Source: Macrostomum hystrix
Taxonomy: Eukaryota > Animalia > Platyhelminthes
Assembly (NCBI GenBank): GCA_950097015.1
Contig: CATNEN010000012.1
Span: forward strand, 2,108,001 to 2,172,000
DNA length: 64,000 bases
Direction: 5' to 3'
Each line of letters begins with the position of its first letter. The first letter of the stretch is position 1. The position numbers were made by a program, and so were the translations under genes. Positions 25,201 to 36,700 of the stretch are shown here, in pieces. Under the pieces are notes generated by a model. The model ran no database searches. It was not told where the DNA came from and worked only from the letters and a program-made list of their open reading frames with translations.

Positions 25201-26336
25201 TGTGAAGATCGGCGACTTCGGTCTGGCTACCGTCAAGACACCATGGAGTGGCTCGCGGCAGTATCGACAGCCCAGCGGGTCAATCCTGTGGATGGTGAGT
25301 TACTTCCCCACTCCGTGTACGAGTACTTGCGGCATTCGCAATCTTATTGCTAACAGATCATTGCAAACGCGGATCCACTAGGCTCCTGAGGTGATCCGGA
25401 TGGAGGACGAGGAGCCCTACACTGTGAAGTCAGATGTCTATGCGTTTGGCATTGTCTTGTACGAGCTGTGCAGCGGCCAGCTGCCCTACAGCGGCCTATG
25501 CAACAACAAAGACCTCATCCTGTTCAATGTTGGCCGCGGTGTCCTCAGGCCGGAGGCTGCCAGGTTGCGCAAGGACACCCCGGCGCCGCTGCCTGACCTC
25601 ATGAACAAATGCGTGCAGTTCGACCGTGAGCTGCGGCCTCTGTTCCGAGTTGTAAGCCGCCAAACTTAATCGCTTTTCTAGTTAACAAGCCATTATCCCA
25701 CACTGGTCCTTCCACTGGCCGCCATTATCCCACACTGGTCCTTCCACTGGCCGCCATTATCCCACACTGGTCCTTCCACTGGCCGCCATTATCCCACACT
25801 GGTCCTTCCACTGGCCGCCATTATCCCACACTTGTCCTTCCACTGGCCGCTATTATCTCACACTGGTCCTTCCAGTGGCCGCCATTATCTCACACTGGTC
25901 CTTCCACTGGCCGCCATTATCCCACACTGGTCCTTCCAGTGGCCGCCATTATCTCACACTGGTCCTTCCACTGGCCGCCATTATCTCACACTGGTCCTTC
26001 CACTGGCCGCCATTATCTCACACTGGTCCTTCCACTGGCCGCCATTGTCCCACACTGGCCCTTTCGCTGGCCGCCATTATCCCACACTGGTCTTTGCGCT
26101 GGCCGCCATTATCCCACACTGGTCTTTGCGCTGGCCGCCATTGTCCCACACTGGTCCTTTCAGTGTCCTTCTCATTTAATGGGCTGTTATCAGAGACAAG
26201 GCTATTCTACCACTTGCTACGTTTCCCGCAGATCCTTGGCATCCTTGAGAACGTTCCCAAAGTGCACCGATCGAACAGCGAGCCGGCAATGAACCGCAGC
26301 AATCCTTTTGGCGACCTGGACCTGCCCAATGGTTAA
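16277..26336 (+). CDS. raf: Raf serine/threonine kinase (about 722 aa, 7 exons)
   Basis: Exons 16277-16908, 17634-17919, 21620-21640, 24049-24787, 25179-25294, 25382-25651, 26232-26336, all GT-AG and in phase. Motifs: RBD ([14 protein letters not shown]...ITRSL), C1 zinc finger (HNLQHKTF...C..C...HC..C..RFHQRC), CR2 RCISTPNV, kinase [43 protein letters not shown], and C-terminal 14-3-3 site RSNSEP. Confidence 0.95.
16926..17337. repeat. 23-bp tandem repeat (CTATTCCAGATATATTTGAGGAT), about 18 copies, Raf intron 1
   Basis: Read directly; starts 17 nt after the start of the intron (16909). Confidence 0.95.
17971..21561. repeat. 24-bp tandem repeat (GATTAGATTTTGAGAATCTGTTCA), about 150 copies, Raf intron 2
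   Basis: Read directly, with recurrent variants (GAGTATC, GTCCAGTT, GATGAG). Confidence 0.98.
22784..23870. repeat. Purine-rich minisatellite (about 16-18 bp, GGAGAGATGAGACACA-like) with an approximately 290-bp higher-order duplication, Raf intron 3
   Basis: Read directly; the rare variant GAAGTATACGAC recurs at about 23391 and 23680. Confidence 0.93.
23930..23995 (-). mobile_element. Possible solo hAT-Charlie-like terminus
   Basis: Minus strand reads GTCGGCAAACTCGGCCC...TGCGGCCC...ATCCGGCCC, resembling hAT-Charlie subterminal motifs. No partner TIR or TSD found. Confidence 0.3.
24829..25152 (+). mobile_element. tRNA-derived SINE filling most of Raf intron 4
   Basis: A-box TAGCCTGGTGG and B-box GGTTCGATTCC (24873-24883). 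The body GTGTCATTTAGCAAGACACTTAAC...GGGTACC resembles conserved SINE central domains, and the tail is a short CCTAAT-type repeat. Confidence 0.75.
25691..26165. repeat. 32-bp tandem repeat (CCATTATCCCACACTGGTCCTTCCACTGGCCG), about 15 copies, Raf intron 6
   Basis: Read directly. Confidence 0.95.
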
Positions 26337-26413
26337 ATCTGCTTCGAGAAGAAATCTAGTTTCATGAGTGTGGCTGATTTTCCTGCGCTTTTCACCAAAT
26401 CAAATCCGCTCCT

Positions 26414-26605
26414 AGATCCCCACACACACTGGACAGCCGCTCTCCCAGATCCCCACACACACTGGACAGCCGCTCTCCCAGATCCCCATACACACTGGAC
26501 AGCCGCTCTCCCAGATCCCCACACACACTGGACAGCCGCTCTCCCAGATCCCCACACACACTGGACAGCCGCTCTTCCAGATCCCCACACACACTGGACA
26601 GCCTC
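26414..26605. repeat. 33-bp tandem repeat, about 6 copies, just downstream of the Raf stop codon
   Basis: CAGATCCCCACACACACTGGACAGCCGCTCTCC copies read directly. Confidence 0.93.
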
Positions 26606-27358
26606 TCTATTGGAATATAATTGGATCATACAAACGTAGTCTTGCAAAAGCTTTTTGTTAATAACCAACCAACTGTGATGAATTTTAGTTGTGTTCGACA
26701 TATTTTCAAATTCCATTTCGGCTCATTCCTTGATAGAGTTTTATTGATTGTCAATTTGCATGTTCAATAATTTTTTGCCACATTTAGCCCAAAAGTTGTT
26801 TTCTTGTCTAGTAAATCATTCCATGAGTGGCCATGCTTTTCGAAGTATTTTGCTGCCTTACATTTTTACTCGTATCTGAGCATATTCTATAGTCTCATGG
26901 TGATACAACTGACCATTTAAGTATAATCTACTCCTTTATTGCTCCTGGCTTCCTGTGTTTTTAAGCTGATATTCCTTTTTTGCTTTATGTTTTACATTTG
27001 TGTGCTTCAATGGCGCTTATGTGTCTTTGTGTGTTGTGTTTTGTTCGAAATTTATTTTATTATTAAATTTTTAATATATTCACAATTCTAGGCGTAGGGT
27101 GGTAAAGGCTTTTGTTGGCGTTACTGAAAACATTTCACTCCAAGAAAACGCAAAAATAATAGACAACACATCATTCGCATAGCAAGTCACGTCAGTGACG
27201 GGTCTGCCAAAACAAACGCAGGTAAATGATGTGGTTGACACAACAAGACAGAACATAATTAAATTTGTGCACCAAACTAAATCAAAACTAACCGATAGAC
27301 CATTTCGAGCAAAAAATGTGGCGGAGGATGTGGGGAGGAGAGTTCGCAAGGTGAGTCG

Positions 27359-27800
27359 CACAGCGGGGCAGAAAATGAGGTGACGGGTGCGCCATGAGGA
27401 TAGGAATTGAGGTGGGTGGCACAGCGGGGCAGAAAATGAGGTGACGGGTGCGCAAAGAGGATAGGAATTGAGGTGGGTGGCACAGCGGGGCAGAAAATGA
27501 GGTTACGGGTGCGCAAAGAGGATAGGAATTGAGGTGGGTGGCACAGCGGGGCAGAAAATGAGGTGACGGGTGCGCCATGAGGATAGGAATTGAGGTGGGT
27601 GGCACAGCGGGGCAGATAATGAGGTGACGGGTGCGCCAAAAGGATAGGAATTGAGGTGGGTGGCACAGCGGGGCAGAAAATGAGGTGACGGGTGCGCAAA
27701 GAGGATAGGAATTGAGGTGGGTGGCACAGCGGGGCAGAAAATGAGGTGACGGGTGCGCCAAGAGGATAGGAATTGAGGTGGGTGGTACAGCGGGGCAGAA
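27359..27800. repeat. 61-bp tandem repeat, about 7 copies
   Basis: CACAGCGGGGCAGAAAATGAGG recurs at 27359, 27420, 27481, 27542 and onward. Confidence 0.93.
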
Positions 27801-28888
27801 AGTAGTGTGGCGGCAGCATAAAAAGTAGAAATGCTGAGGTGAGTAGTCGATGGAAATGAAAATGAAAGACAATAGCTGTGCTGTCAACGCAGACAAGAAA
27901 ATAGAATAAAAATGGTGGAAGTGACATTAATATTTCATTAAGACGTATCGTTGTACAAGCGTACTTTCAGTATGTAAAAAAGAAAGTGGAATTTTCTGTT
28001 CTTAATTTATTGCGAAATTCTATATCAACCAGGCTTTTAATTTGGTATTTCAAAGCTGTCAAAGTCCGTTCTGCAATGTTTGAACTGTTTTTTTTAATTG
28101 ACAGGTTTATATTGTCTAGGGATGTGAGAACAGTATTCATCGGCCTGCGAGTTATAGGAACCATTTTTTGTTGGATTTTCATGACAGAAGCCACAGCTTC
28201 CAGTGCTGAATATTTTTATGTCGCTTCCAGGATTACATGATGATTTTTGGTGTTGCTATATTGTTATGCGAACCAGCAGCTTCCAATTTTGTATTTTATC
28301 TCCAGTCGCAATGATACACTTTTTCGTTGTCTTTCCGTGACTTGTTAAATTTTTTAAGAATTTATTTGCAGTCCTTCATGATTACACTAATTAGTCCGGA
28401 AAGTAAGAAAATGTTCTTTTACTAGTCAGATTTTCTGAAATTTCCAAAATTTCCTAAACTCTCTTCTAGTCAGCATTCAGAAAACTTATGATTTGTTTTC
28501 AATAACATTCATTTTCGTCTGTTGTTATAGAATGCTTGTCTCCAACCGCTGTTCTTTATACTCTTAGGCACTGGTAAGCCGCTCTCATTAGGCAATATAA
28601 TGCAGTATTTGTTTTTAGTCTTTTGGTGTTAGTCAATCATTTTATCTACTATTCCCTGCTTATGTAATCTAATTCTCCGAGCCGTACATACGCATATACA
28701 TAGGCTTCTTTGGTTTTGGGTGAATTACTATTTCTGATGTGTCTTATATATATTTCAACCGAAATTTCCATGATTACTTTTAGTAACGATCCTACGTGTA
28801 CCACTCTTTTCTTTCTTTCATTTTTATTGCTATTAGCACTAGTCAAAGTGGGCCCTTTGTGATAATTATAGGCTGTTTATTGAACTAG

Positions 28889-30952
28889 CACAGTCAGTGT
28901 TCGAGTTCCAGTGTCACAAACAGCACTACCAGTGTTCGAGTGTCACAAACAGCACAGTCAGTGTTCGAGTTCCAGTGTCACAAACAGCACAGCCAGTGTT
29001 CCAGTGTCACAAACAGCACAGCCAGTGTTCCAGTGTCACAAACAGCAAAGCCAGTGTTCCAGTGTCACAAACAGCACAGCCAGTGCTCTAGTTCCAGTGT
29101 CACAAACAGCACAGCCAGTGTTCCAGTGTCACAAACAGCACAGCCAGTGTTCCAGTGTCACAAACAGCACAGCCAGTGTTCCAGTGTCACAAACAGCACA
29201 GCCAGTGTTCCAGTGTCACAAACAGCACAGCCAGTGCTCTAGTTCCAGTGTCACAAACAGCACAGCCAGTGTTCTAGTGTCACAAACAGCACAGCCAGTG
29301 TTCCTGTGTCACAAACAGCACAGCCAGTGCTCTAGTTCCAGTGTCACAAACAGCACAGCCAGTGTTCCAGTGTCACAAACAGCACAGCCAGTGCTCTAGT
29401 TCCAGTGTCACAAACAGCACAGCCAGTGTTCCAGTGTCACAAACAGCACAGCCAGTGTTCCAGTGTCACAAACAGCACAGCCAGTGTTCTAGTGTCACAA
29501 ACAGCACAGCCAGTGTTCCAGTGTCACAAACAGCACAGCCAGTGTTCCAGTGTCACAAACAGCACAGCCAGTGTTCCAGTGTCACAAACAGCACAGCCAG
29601 TGTTCCTGTGTCACAAACAGCACAGCCAGTGTTCCAGTGTCACAAACAGCACAGCCAGTGTTCCAGTGTCACAAACAGCACAGCCAGTGTTCATGTGTCA
29701 CAAACAGCACAGCCAGTGTTCCAGTGTCACAAACAGCACAGCCAGTGTTCCAGTGTCACAAACAGCACAGCCAGTGCTCTAGTTCCAGTGTCACAAACAG
29801 CACAGCCAGTGCTCTAGTTCCAGTGTCACAAACAGCACAGCCAGTGTTCCTGTGTCACAAACAGCACAGCCAGTGTTCTAGTGTCACAAACAGCACAGTC
29901 AGTGCTCTAGTTCCAGTGTCACAAACAGCACAGCCAGTGCTCTAGTTCCAGTGTCACAAACAGCACAGCCAGTGTTCCAGTGTCACAAACAGCACAGCCA
30001 GTGTTCCAGTGTCACAAACAGCACAGCCAGTGTTCCAGTGTCACAAACAGCACAGCCAGTGTTCCAGTGTCACAAACAGCACAGCCAGTGCTCTAGTTCC
30101 AGTGTCACAAACAGCACAGCCAGTGTTCCAGTGTCACAAACAGCACAGCCAGTGCTCTAGTTCCAGTGTCACAAACAGCACAGCCAGTGTTCCAGTGTCA
30201 CAAACAGCACAGCCAGTGTTCCAGTGTCACAAACAGCACAGCCAGTGTTCCAGTGTCACAAACAGCACAGCCAGTGTTCCAGTGTCACAAACAGCACAGC
30301 CAGTGTTCCAGTGTCACAAACAGCACAGCCAGTGTTCCAGTGTCACAAACAGCACAGCCAGTGCTCTAGTTCCAGTGTCACAAACAGCACAGCCAGTGCT
30401 CTAGTTCCAGTGTCACAAACTGCACAGCCAGTGTTCCAGTGTCACAAACAGCACAGCCAGTGCTCTAGTTTCCAGTGTCACAAACAGCACAGCCAGTGTT
30501 CCAGTGTCACAAACAGCACAGCCAGTGTTCCAGTGTCACAAACAGCACAGCCAGTGCTCTAGTTCCAGTGTCACAAACAGCACAGCCAGTGTTCTAGTGT
30601 CACAAACAGCACAGCCAGTGTTCTAGTGTCACAAACAGCACAGCCAGTGTTCTAGTGTCACAAACAGCACAGCCAGTGTTCCAGTGTCACAAACAGCACA
30701 GCCAGTGTTCCAGTGTCACAAACAGCACAGCCAGTGTTCCAGTGTCACAAACAGCACAGCCAGTGTTCTAGTGTCACAAACAGCACAGCCAGTGTTCCAG
30801 TGTCACAAACAGCACAGCCAGTGTTCCAGTGTCACAAACAGCACAGCCAGTGTTCTAGTGTCACAAACAGCACAGCCAGTGTTCCAGTGTCACAAACAGC
30901 ACAGCCAGTGTTCCAGTGTCACAAACAGCACAGCCAGTTTTCTAGTTCCAGT
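28889..30952. repeat. 29-bp tandem repeat (CCAGTGTCACAAACAGCACAGCCAGTGTT) with interspersed 35-bp variants, upstream of the reticulon
   Basis: Read directly; the variant carries a 6-bp insertion (GTGCTCTAGTT in place of GTGTT). Confidence 0.96.
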
Positions 30953-31053
30953 GTTTATTAAACTTGAGCTGTTTTATCTTTTTATCTTCGTTTCCCGAAT
31001 TTGTACGCAAAAAAACTGCAGCAAAGACGTACTTGATCTGCTCGTGAACAACA

Positions 31054-32117
31054 ATGTCGGACGAAAGCATTGTCCTCGCGAATTCCGCCGGTGATTCTGC
31101 CGCGATCAATAATGAGCAGCAGAAGCAGAAGCAGCAGCAGTTGCTCTCAACCCCAGCAGCCATGTTGTTGCAGTGCTCCTACTTGGCTCAGAGGGCAGAT
31201 CCACGCCTAAAGTCGCTGCTATTGTGGACCGACGCCCGGATGTCTTTGGCAGCCCTGACCGGCACGCTGATAGTCCTGTGGGCCCTGGCCACCCGATCCC
31301 TCATATCCGTGCTGGCCTATGCTGGCCTGGCCGCTCTGATGACTGCCTGCGCGCTGCGCATCTGTCACTATGTACCGTCGCGTAGGCAGCAGCAGCAGCC
31401 AACGTCGGTTTCTAACGAGCACGACGAAATCGACGAGCGAAAGACCAGCTCGGACGCTTCGCTGCCTCTTTGCTGGTTGCTGCGTGCGCCAGTGCGTCTG
31501 CCTAGGTTAGACTTTGAGGTGTTTCGCCTCTTGCTGCTGTTAGAAAGTATTTTTTAAGCTTTTAGTTCAGATCTGAATGGTGATTTAGGTCAGGTCTGAA
31601 TCGTAATTTAGGTCAGATGTGAATCGTGATTTAGGTCAGGTCTGAATCGTGATTTAGGTCAGGTCTGAATCGTGATTTAGGTCAGGTCTGAGCCGTGTTT
31701 TTGGTCAGGTTTGTGTCATACTTTATGTTAGAGTTAATTTAGAAATTAGATTTCTGTTTTAGTTAAATAGTTTTATTTTTTCACTTCAGAGAGCAGCTGC
31801 TGAACTTCCTGGATCGCCGTCTCGCTGGGCTGGAGAGCCTGGCCAACTATTTCCTGTGCCTGATGCTGTGCCGAGATCCCATTCGCACCCTGAAAATGTT
31901 CTTCTGCTTAATCTTTCTAACCTACATTGGGGCCTGGATGAATGCCACGACACTGGCCGCAGTGGTGACATTGGCGGCATTCAGCCTGCCAAAGCTCTAC
32001 TCAATGAAGCACGCCGAGGTGGACGCCGGGTTAGCCAGCCTACTGGATCGCTACCATTTTATTTATGCCCGCATCTGGGCCGCCATTCCCTTTGGCGACA
32101 AGCAGAAGGTCAACTAA
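31054..32117 (+). CDS. RTN: Reticulon-family ER-shaping protein (about 259 aa, 2 exons)
   Basis: Exons 31054-31505 and 31790-32117 (phase 2). Contains LKSLLLWTD, two long hydrophobic hairpins, IGAWMNATTL...FSLPKLY, and C-terminal AAIPFGDKQKVN, typical of the reticulon homology domain. Confidence 0.9.
31580..31710. repeat. 23-bp repeat (GATTTAGGTCAGGTCTGAATCGT), about 5 copies, reticulon intron
   Basis: Read directly. Confidence 0.85.
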
Positions 32118-33753
32118 ATAATAGTAGTCATGGCCACGGTTGCCATGGCAGCGCTGATTGTCAAACGGTTGATATGGCAACACAGATTGTAATACGATTG
32201 CTATGGCAACACCGAGTTTCAAATGGTTGCCGCGGCAACACTGATTGTCAAACGGTTGCTATGCGAAATATTGATTCCCTAATCTTAAACACTTATCGTA
32301 GCATCCGTTTTTTGCAAGATCTGACAGCTAGCCTTGCAGCTGTCAATCTGGTTCAAACAAACATTTCTAGAGTTTGATTCGTAGTCATAGAAATAGTCTC
32401 CATGGCAACCACAGTTTTAGTTGCTGGGTTGAGGATTTTGAAAATTAATTAACATCAGTCATATCAGCTAATGTCGATCGGTGTAGTAATCAAAGAACCA
32501 TTCTAATTTATTCTAATATAAACTTTTCTTTCTTAGAATCCCATCTGTTTATAAATCAAAGCCATTAGTTTATATTGTTGCTTCTGCTGCTGAGCTTCGC
32601 AATAATATTTTCAAGTCGTTCCACAAATCTGCATTGATGAACTCAATCGATGTTCTGTCTACAATACTTAGTTATACCGTTTTTATACAGCTATATTTGT
32701 TTGTGTGATCATTTTATTTTTTGGCGTTTTTGTTACTTTAAATAAGATTTTCTAAGTTTCTGTTTTTCTTATCGTATTAGTAATTTTTTGTTTCATGTCT
32801 CTACTACTCTACTGCTAGACTTTCAGTAGCATTCATAACATTTTACGCTAAAATTGAGCTAGTACTCACTCGTATGCGGGCAGCTATGCTTTGATTGATC
32901 TTAATAAATAGCTCTTAATAATCAGCTCTGTACTCGTAGTTTGACTAGTTTCTAACCAAGTTCTCACATGTGCAATTTTAGTTCTTCCATTGCTTTTGGA
33001 ACAAACCCTTTATCAGTATAATATCTTTTTCATGTTGAGTTTTTTGTCAATAACTGTTTTGTACTAATTATTATCCGTTCAACTTTTATAAAAAAATGAA
33101 AAGTTGTCAGGCAAACCAATTTTGAAGCCCTGACTTTTTCAATGTGGAAAATCTTTTATTTAATATTTTAGCTTTTGTAGTCTAGAGTATGATAGTGTAG
33201 AAGAGATTAATTTTAGTGCTTATATATTGTATAAAAACCAAAACATTCTGCGATTATAGACATTAAATAAAACATGTAATGCCGTAGATGAGGGTAGGTG
33301 ACCACCGAAGACGGAGATTATGCAGGCACATTCGGGTGACATGCTGATAAATTTTGAAGGCCTGGCCAGGCCGCCTGAGGCGCACTGCTAATTCGAGAAT
33401 AGGGGAGTATGAAATACACTAGCGCTTATGGGAAAAATCTGACCTTCGACCAGAACCATTGAATATTTCGACGGTCGGAAGAGCTGGCGACTTGATTATT
33501 GTTTCAGAAGATGCGCAACAAAAAGTTGGTCCGTGTTCTTGAGTTTCTTGAGTTTAGCCCTTGGTAGTTCTACTGTTAAAATTCTTGCACCAATTGCTAG
33601 TAAGTTGATTATCCTTTCACTGCAGAGGATCAATCGGAACTGACAGAAAGCCAACAAACAGTAATCAGCTTCTTTGAGAGGTAAAAGCGCGGAACCCTCC
33701 TATTCCGTTGCTAATTGGCCGCTGATCAGCGATCGTTGAATCGAAGACCGCGA

Positions 33754-36700
33754 ATGGCCAGCCATGAGCAGCAGCTGGCCTTGGCCAGCGCCGAGCTGCA
33801 GGACGACGGCCAGACGCCGGACGACGACGCCAATATTTGTCGCGTCTGCCGAATGGAAGCCGGACATGACAGGCCGCTATTCTATCCCTGCATCTGTACC
33901 GGCACCATCAAGTACATTCACCAGGACTGCCTGCTGCAGTGGCTGCAGGTGAGCTAAATTTCACTCGATTTTCAATACGTGTAACCATGTTATATAGATT
34001 TTTCATTCCAAAAAAAATTTCCTCTCCAGGTGAGTCGCCGTGAATTCTGCGAGCTTTGCGGTCACAAGTACAAATTCAAGCCGATCTACGCGCCTGACAT
34101 GCCGAGCCGGCTGCCTGTGACCGAAATCCTGTTCAGCCTGCTGTCATCTGCCGGCCGCGGCGTGGCCTTCTGGCTTCACTACAGCCTGGTAGCCTGCTCA
34201 TGGATCCTAGCTGTACCACTGCTCACCTGCCGCCTTTATAGGATGCTGCTGCACGGCGGCTACGGACCAGCTAGCCTTCTGACACTGCAGGTAAGCCTGC
34301 CTAATCTGCCTGCCTACCCACCCTACCTGCCTGCCTACCCACCCTACCTGCCTGCCTACCCACGCTGCCTGCCTGCACACCCTACCTGCCTACCCACCCT
34401 ACCTGCCTGCCTACCCACCCTACCTGCCTGCACACCCTACCTGCCTACCCACCCTACCTGCCTGCCTACCCACCCTACCTGCCTGCACACCCTACCTGCC
34501 TGCACACCCTACCTGCCTGCCTACCCACCCTACCTGCCTGCACACCCTACCTGCCTACCCACCCTACCTGCCTGCCTACCCACCCTACCTGCCTGCCTAC
34601 CCACCCTACCTGCCTGCCTACCCACCCTACCTGCCTGCAAACCCTACCTGCCTGTACACCCTACCTGCCTGCACACCCTACCTGCACACCCTACCTGCCT
34701 GCACACCCTACCTGCCTGCACACCCTACCTGCCTACCCACCTTACCTTGACACCCTACCTGCCAGCACACCCTACCTGCCTGCACACCCTACCTGCCAGC
34801 ACACCCTACCTGCCTGCACACCCTACCTGCCAGCACACCCTACCTGCCTGCACACCCTACCTGCCAGCACCCTACCTGCGTACCCACCCTACCTGCCTAC
34901 CCACCCACCATACCAACCTGCCCACTCTACCTGCCTGCACACCCGAACTGACTACCCACCCACCCTTAACTGCCTGCCCACCCTACCTGCCTACTCACTC
35001 ACCCTACCTGCCTACCTACCATACCTGCCTGCCCGTTGTCCATCTGTCACAATCCACCTGTCTCATTGTCAATCTGTCACTATCTACCCATCTTGGTACT
35101 ACCTCTATCATTGACCACCTTGTATATTCGGCGTATGTAACCTATCAATTATCCCGAATCGTTTCGCCAACTAGGGCCTAGTTACCGACTGCTGCCTTGG
35201 CGGGCTGGCCACTGGTGCCGCAATGCTGGCCTATTTCTGCTTGGTCTGTTTGCGTGAAGCTATCGGTGCCGCGGCGCCTGATTGGATGCGAGACGAAGCG
35301 GCTCCGCTGATGGATGATAACGACAATAACGACGACGACAATGGCTTACAAATTCAAAACGTTGTCGGCGGTCTGCATTTTGGACAGGAAGTCAACGACG
35401 ATAATAATAATTTGAATGGCGACGTCAATGAGCCGCTTAATCAGCAGATTGGCGACGGCGAATTTCATGACGAAGAAAACGTCGATGCCGACGGCGACGA
35501 TAACGATAATGATGATAACGAAGACGAAGATTTGGATAATCATCATCATAACTTATTCCTGGGTCTACAGGAACTGCTGCTGGGCGCTTTTGGCTTAGAC
35601 GAAGTTTGCACTCATTCTTGGACTCTCTTGTCCCAGATCCTTTAAGCCTTCTTACTTCCCCATGTCTAGTTTCAGATCCCAGATCCCCATGTCTAGTTTC
35701 AGATCCCAGATCCCCATGTCTAGTTTCAGATCCCAGATCCCCATGTCTAGTTTCAGATCCCAGATCCCCATGTCTAGTTTCAGATCCCAGATCCCCATGT
35801 CTAGTTTCAGATCCCAGATCCCAATGTCTAGTTTCAGATCTCAGATTCTCCCCATGTCTAGTTTCAGATCCCAGATTCTCCCCATGTCTAGTTTCAGATC
35901 CCAGATTCTCCCCATGTCTAGTTTCAGATCCCAGATTCTCCCCATGTCTAGTCTGAGATCCCAGATCCCCATGTCTAGTCTCAGAACCCAGATCCCAATG
36001 TCTAGTTTCAGATCCCAGATCCCATTGTCTAGTTTCAGATCCCAGATCCCAATGTCTAGTTTCAGATCCCAGATCCCCATGTCTAGTTTCAGATCCCAGA
36101 TTCTCCCCATGTCTAGTCTCAGATCCCAGAACCTCATCACCCTTCTCACACTCCAGGAGGACCCACCAGCCGGAAACGATGACGAGGCGGCCGCGGACGC
36201 TGCGGCTCCTGAGGCCGGCGAGGCTGCAGTCGCCCCAGCGGCTGGCAACGTAGTGGCGGCGGGGGCGGCTGCGCCTCCCCTGGATGAGCTGAACTGGGAG
36301 CGCCTACTGGGATTCGACGGCTCGCCAACTTTCGTCCTGTGGCTTGCCTGGGTGCTGGGCGTTAACGCCCTGTTCCTGCTGCTCTTTCACTATCTGCCGC
36401 TGCGTGTTGGCCGCGCTCTGGTCCGTCCGACTATCAACTATTTCATGGTCAACGGAAACGGTCAGTGAGGTGTTTTTAGCTGTCACTGTGGCTCTGCTAG
36501 TTAGTCATCATAGTGTTGTGATGTATGTACATGGAATTTGCGAGATTCAACAGTTGCTTAAGATCTGGTATAGCATACTATCCACTCATCTGCCTGCTAC
36601 TCTACCTGTCTAACTACCTACCCAATCTACCTGCCTACTTGGCTACCCAATCTGCCTACTTACTTGCCTACCCAATCTGCCTGCCTACTTGCATACCCAA

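Noticed and set aside
24400-25294. Pseudokinase (KSR-like) or activating-mutation status of the Raf kinase
   Set aside because: The beta3 Lys (AIK), alphaC Glu, HRD, DFG and the ATVK activation segment are all canonical.
27080-28850. Short ORFs on both strands between Raf and the reticulon
   Set aside because: No recognisable motifs, no coding bias, and no phase-consistent exon chain could be built.
28889-30952. CRISPR-like arrays (units of 24-35 bp here and elsewhere)
   Set aside because: The repeats are head-to-tail with no unique spacers, there are no cas genes, and the context is eukaryotic spliced genes.
33370-33395. U4 snRNA-like motif (GAGGCGC...TGCTAATT) and a nearby Sm-like AATTTTGA
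   Set aside because: The U4 5' stem II sequence and kink-turn stem-loop are absent, and the Sm-like site is upstream of the motif instead of downstream.
34030-35181. 383-aa ORF extending MARCH6 exon 2 through a Pro/Leu/Thr-rich repeat
   Set aside because: A consensus donor GTAAGC at 34291 and an in-phase acceptor at 35174 restore MARCH6 homology; the extension is an intronic minisatellite.
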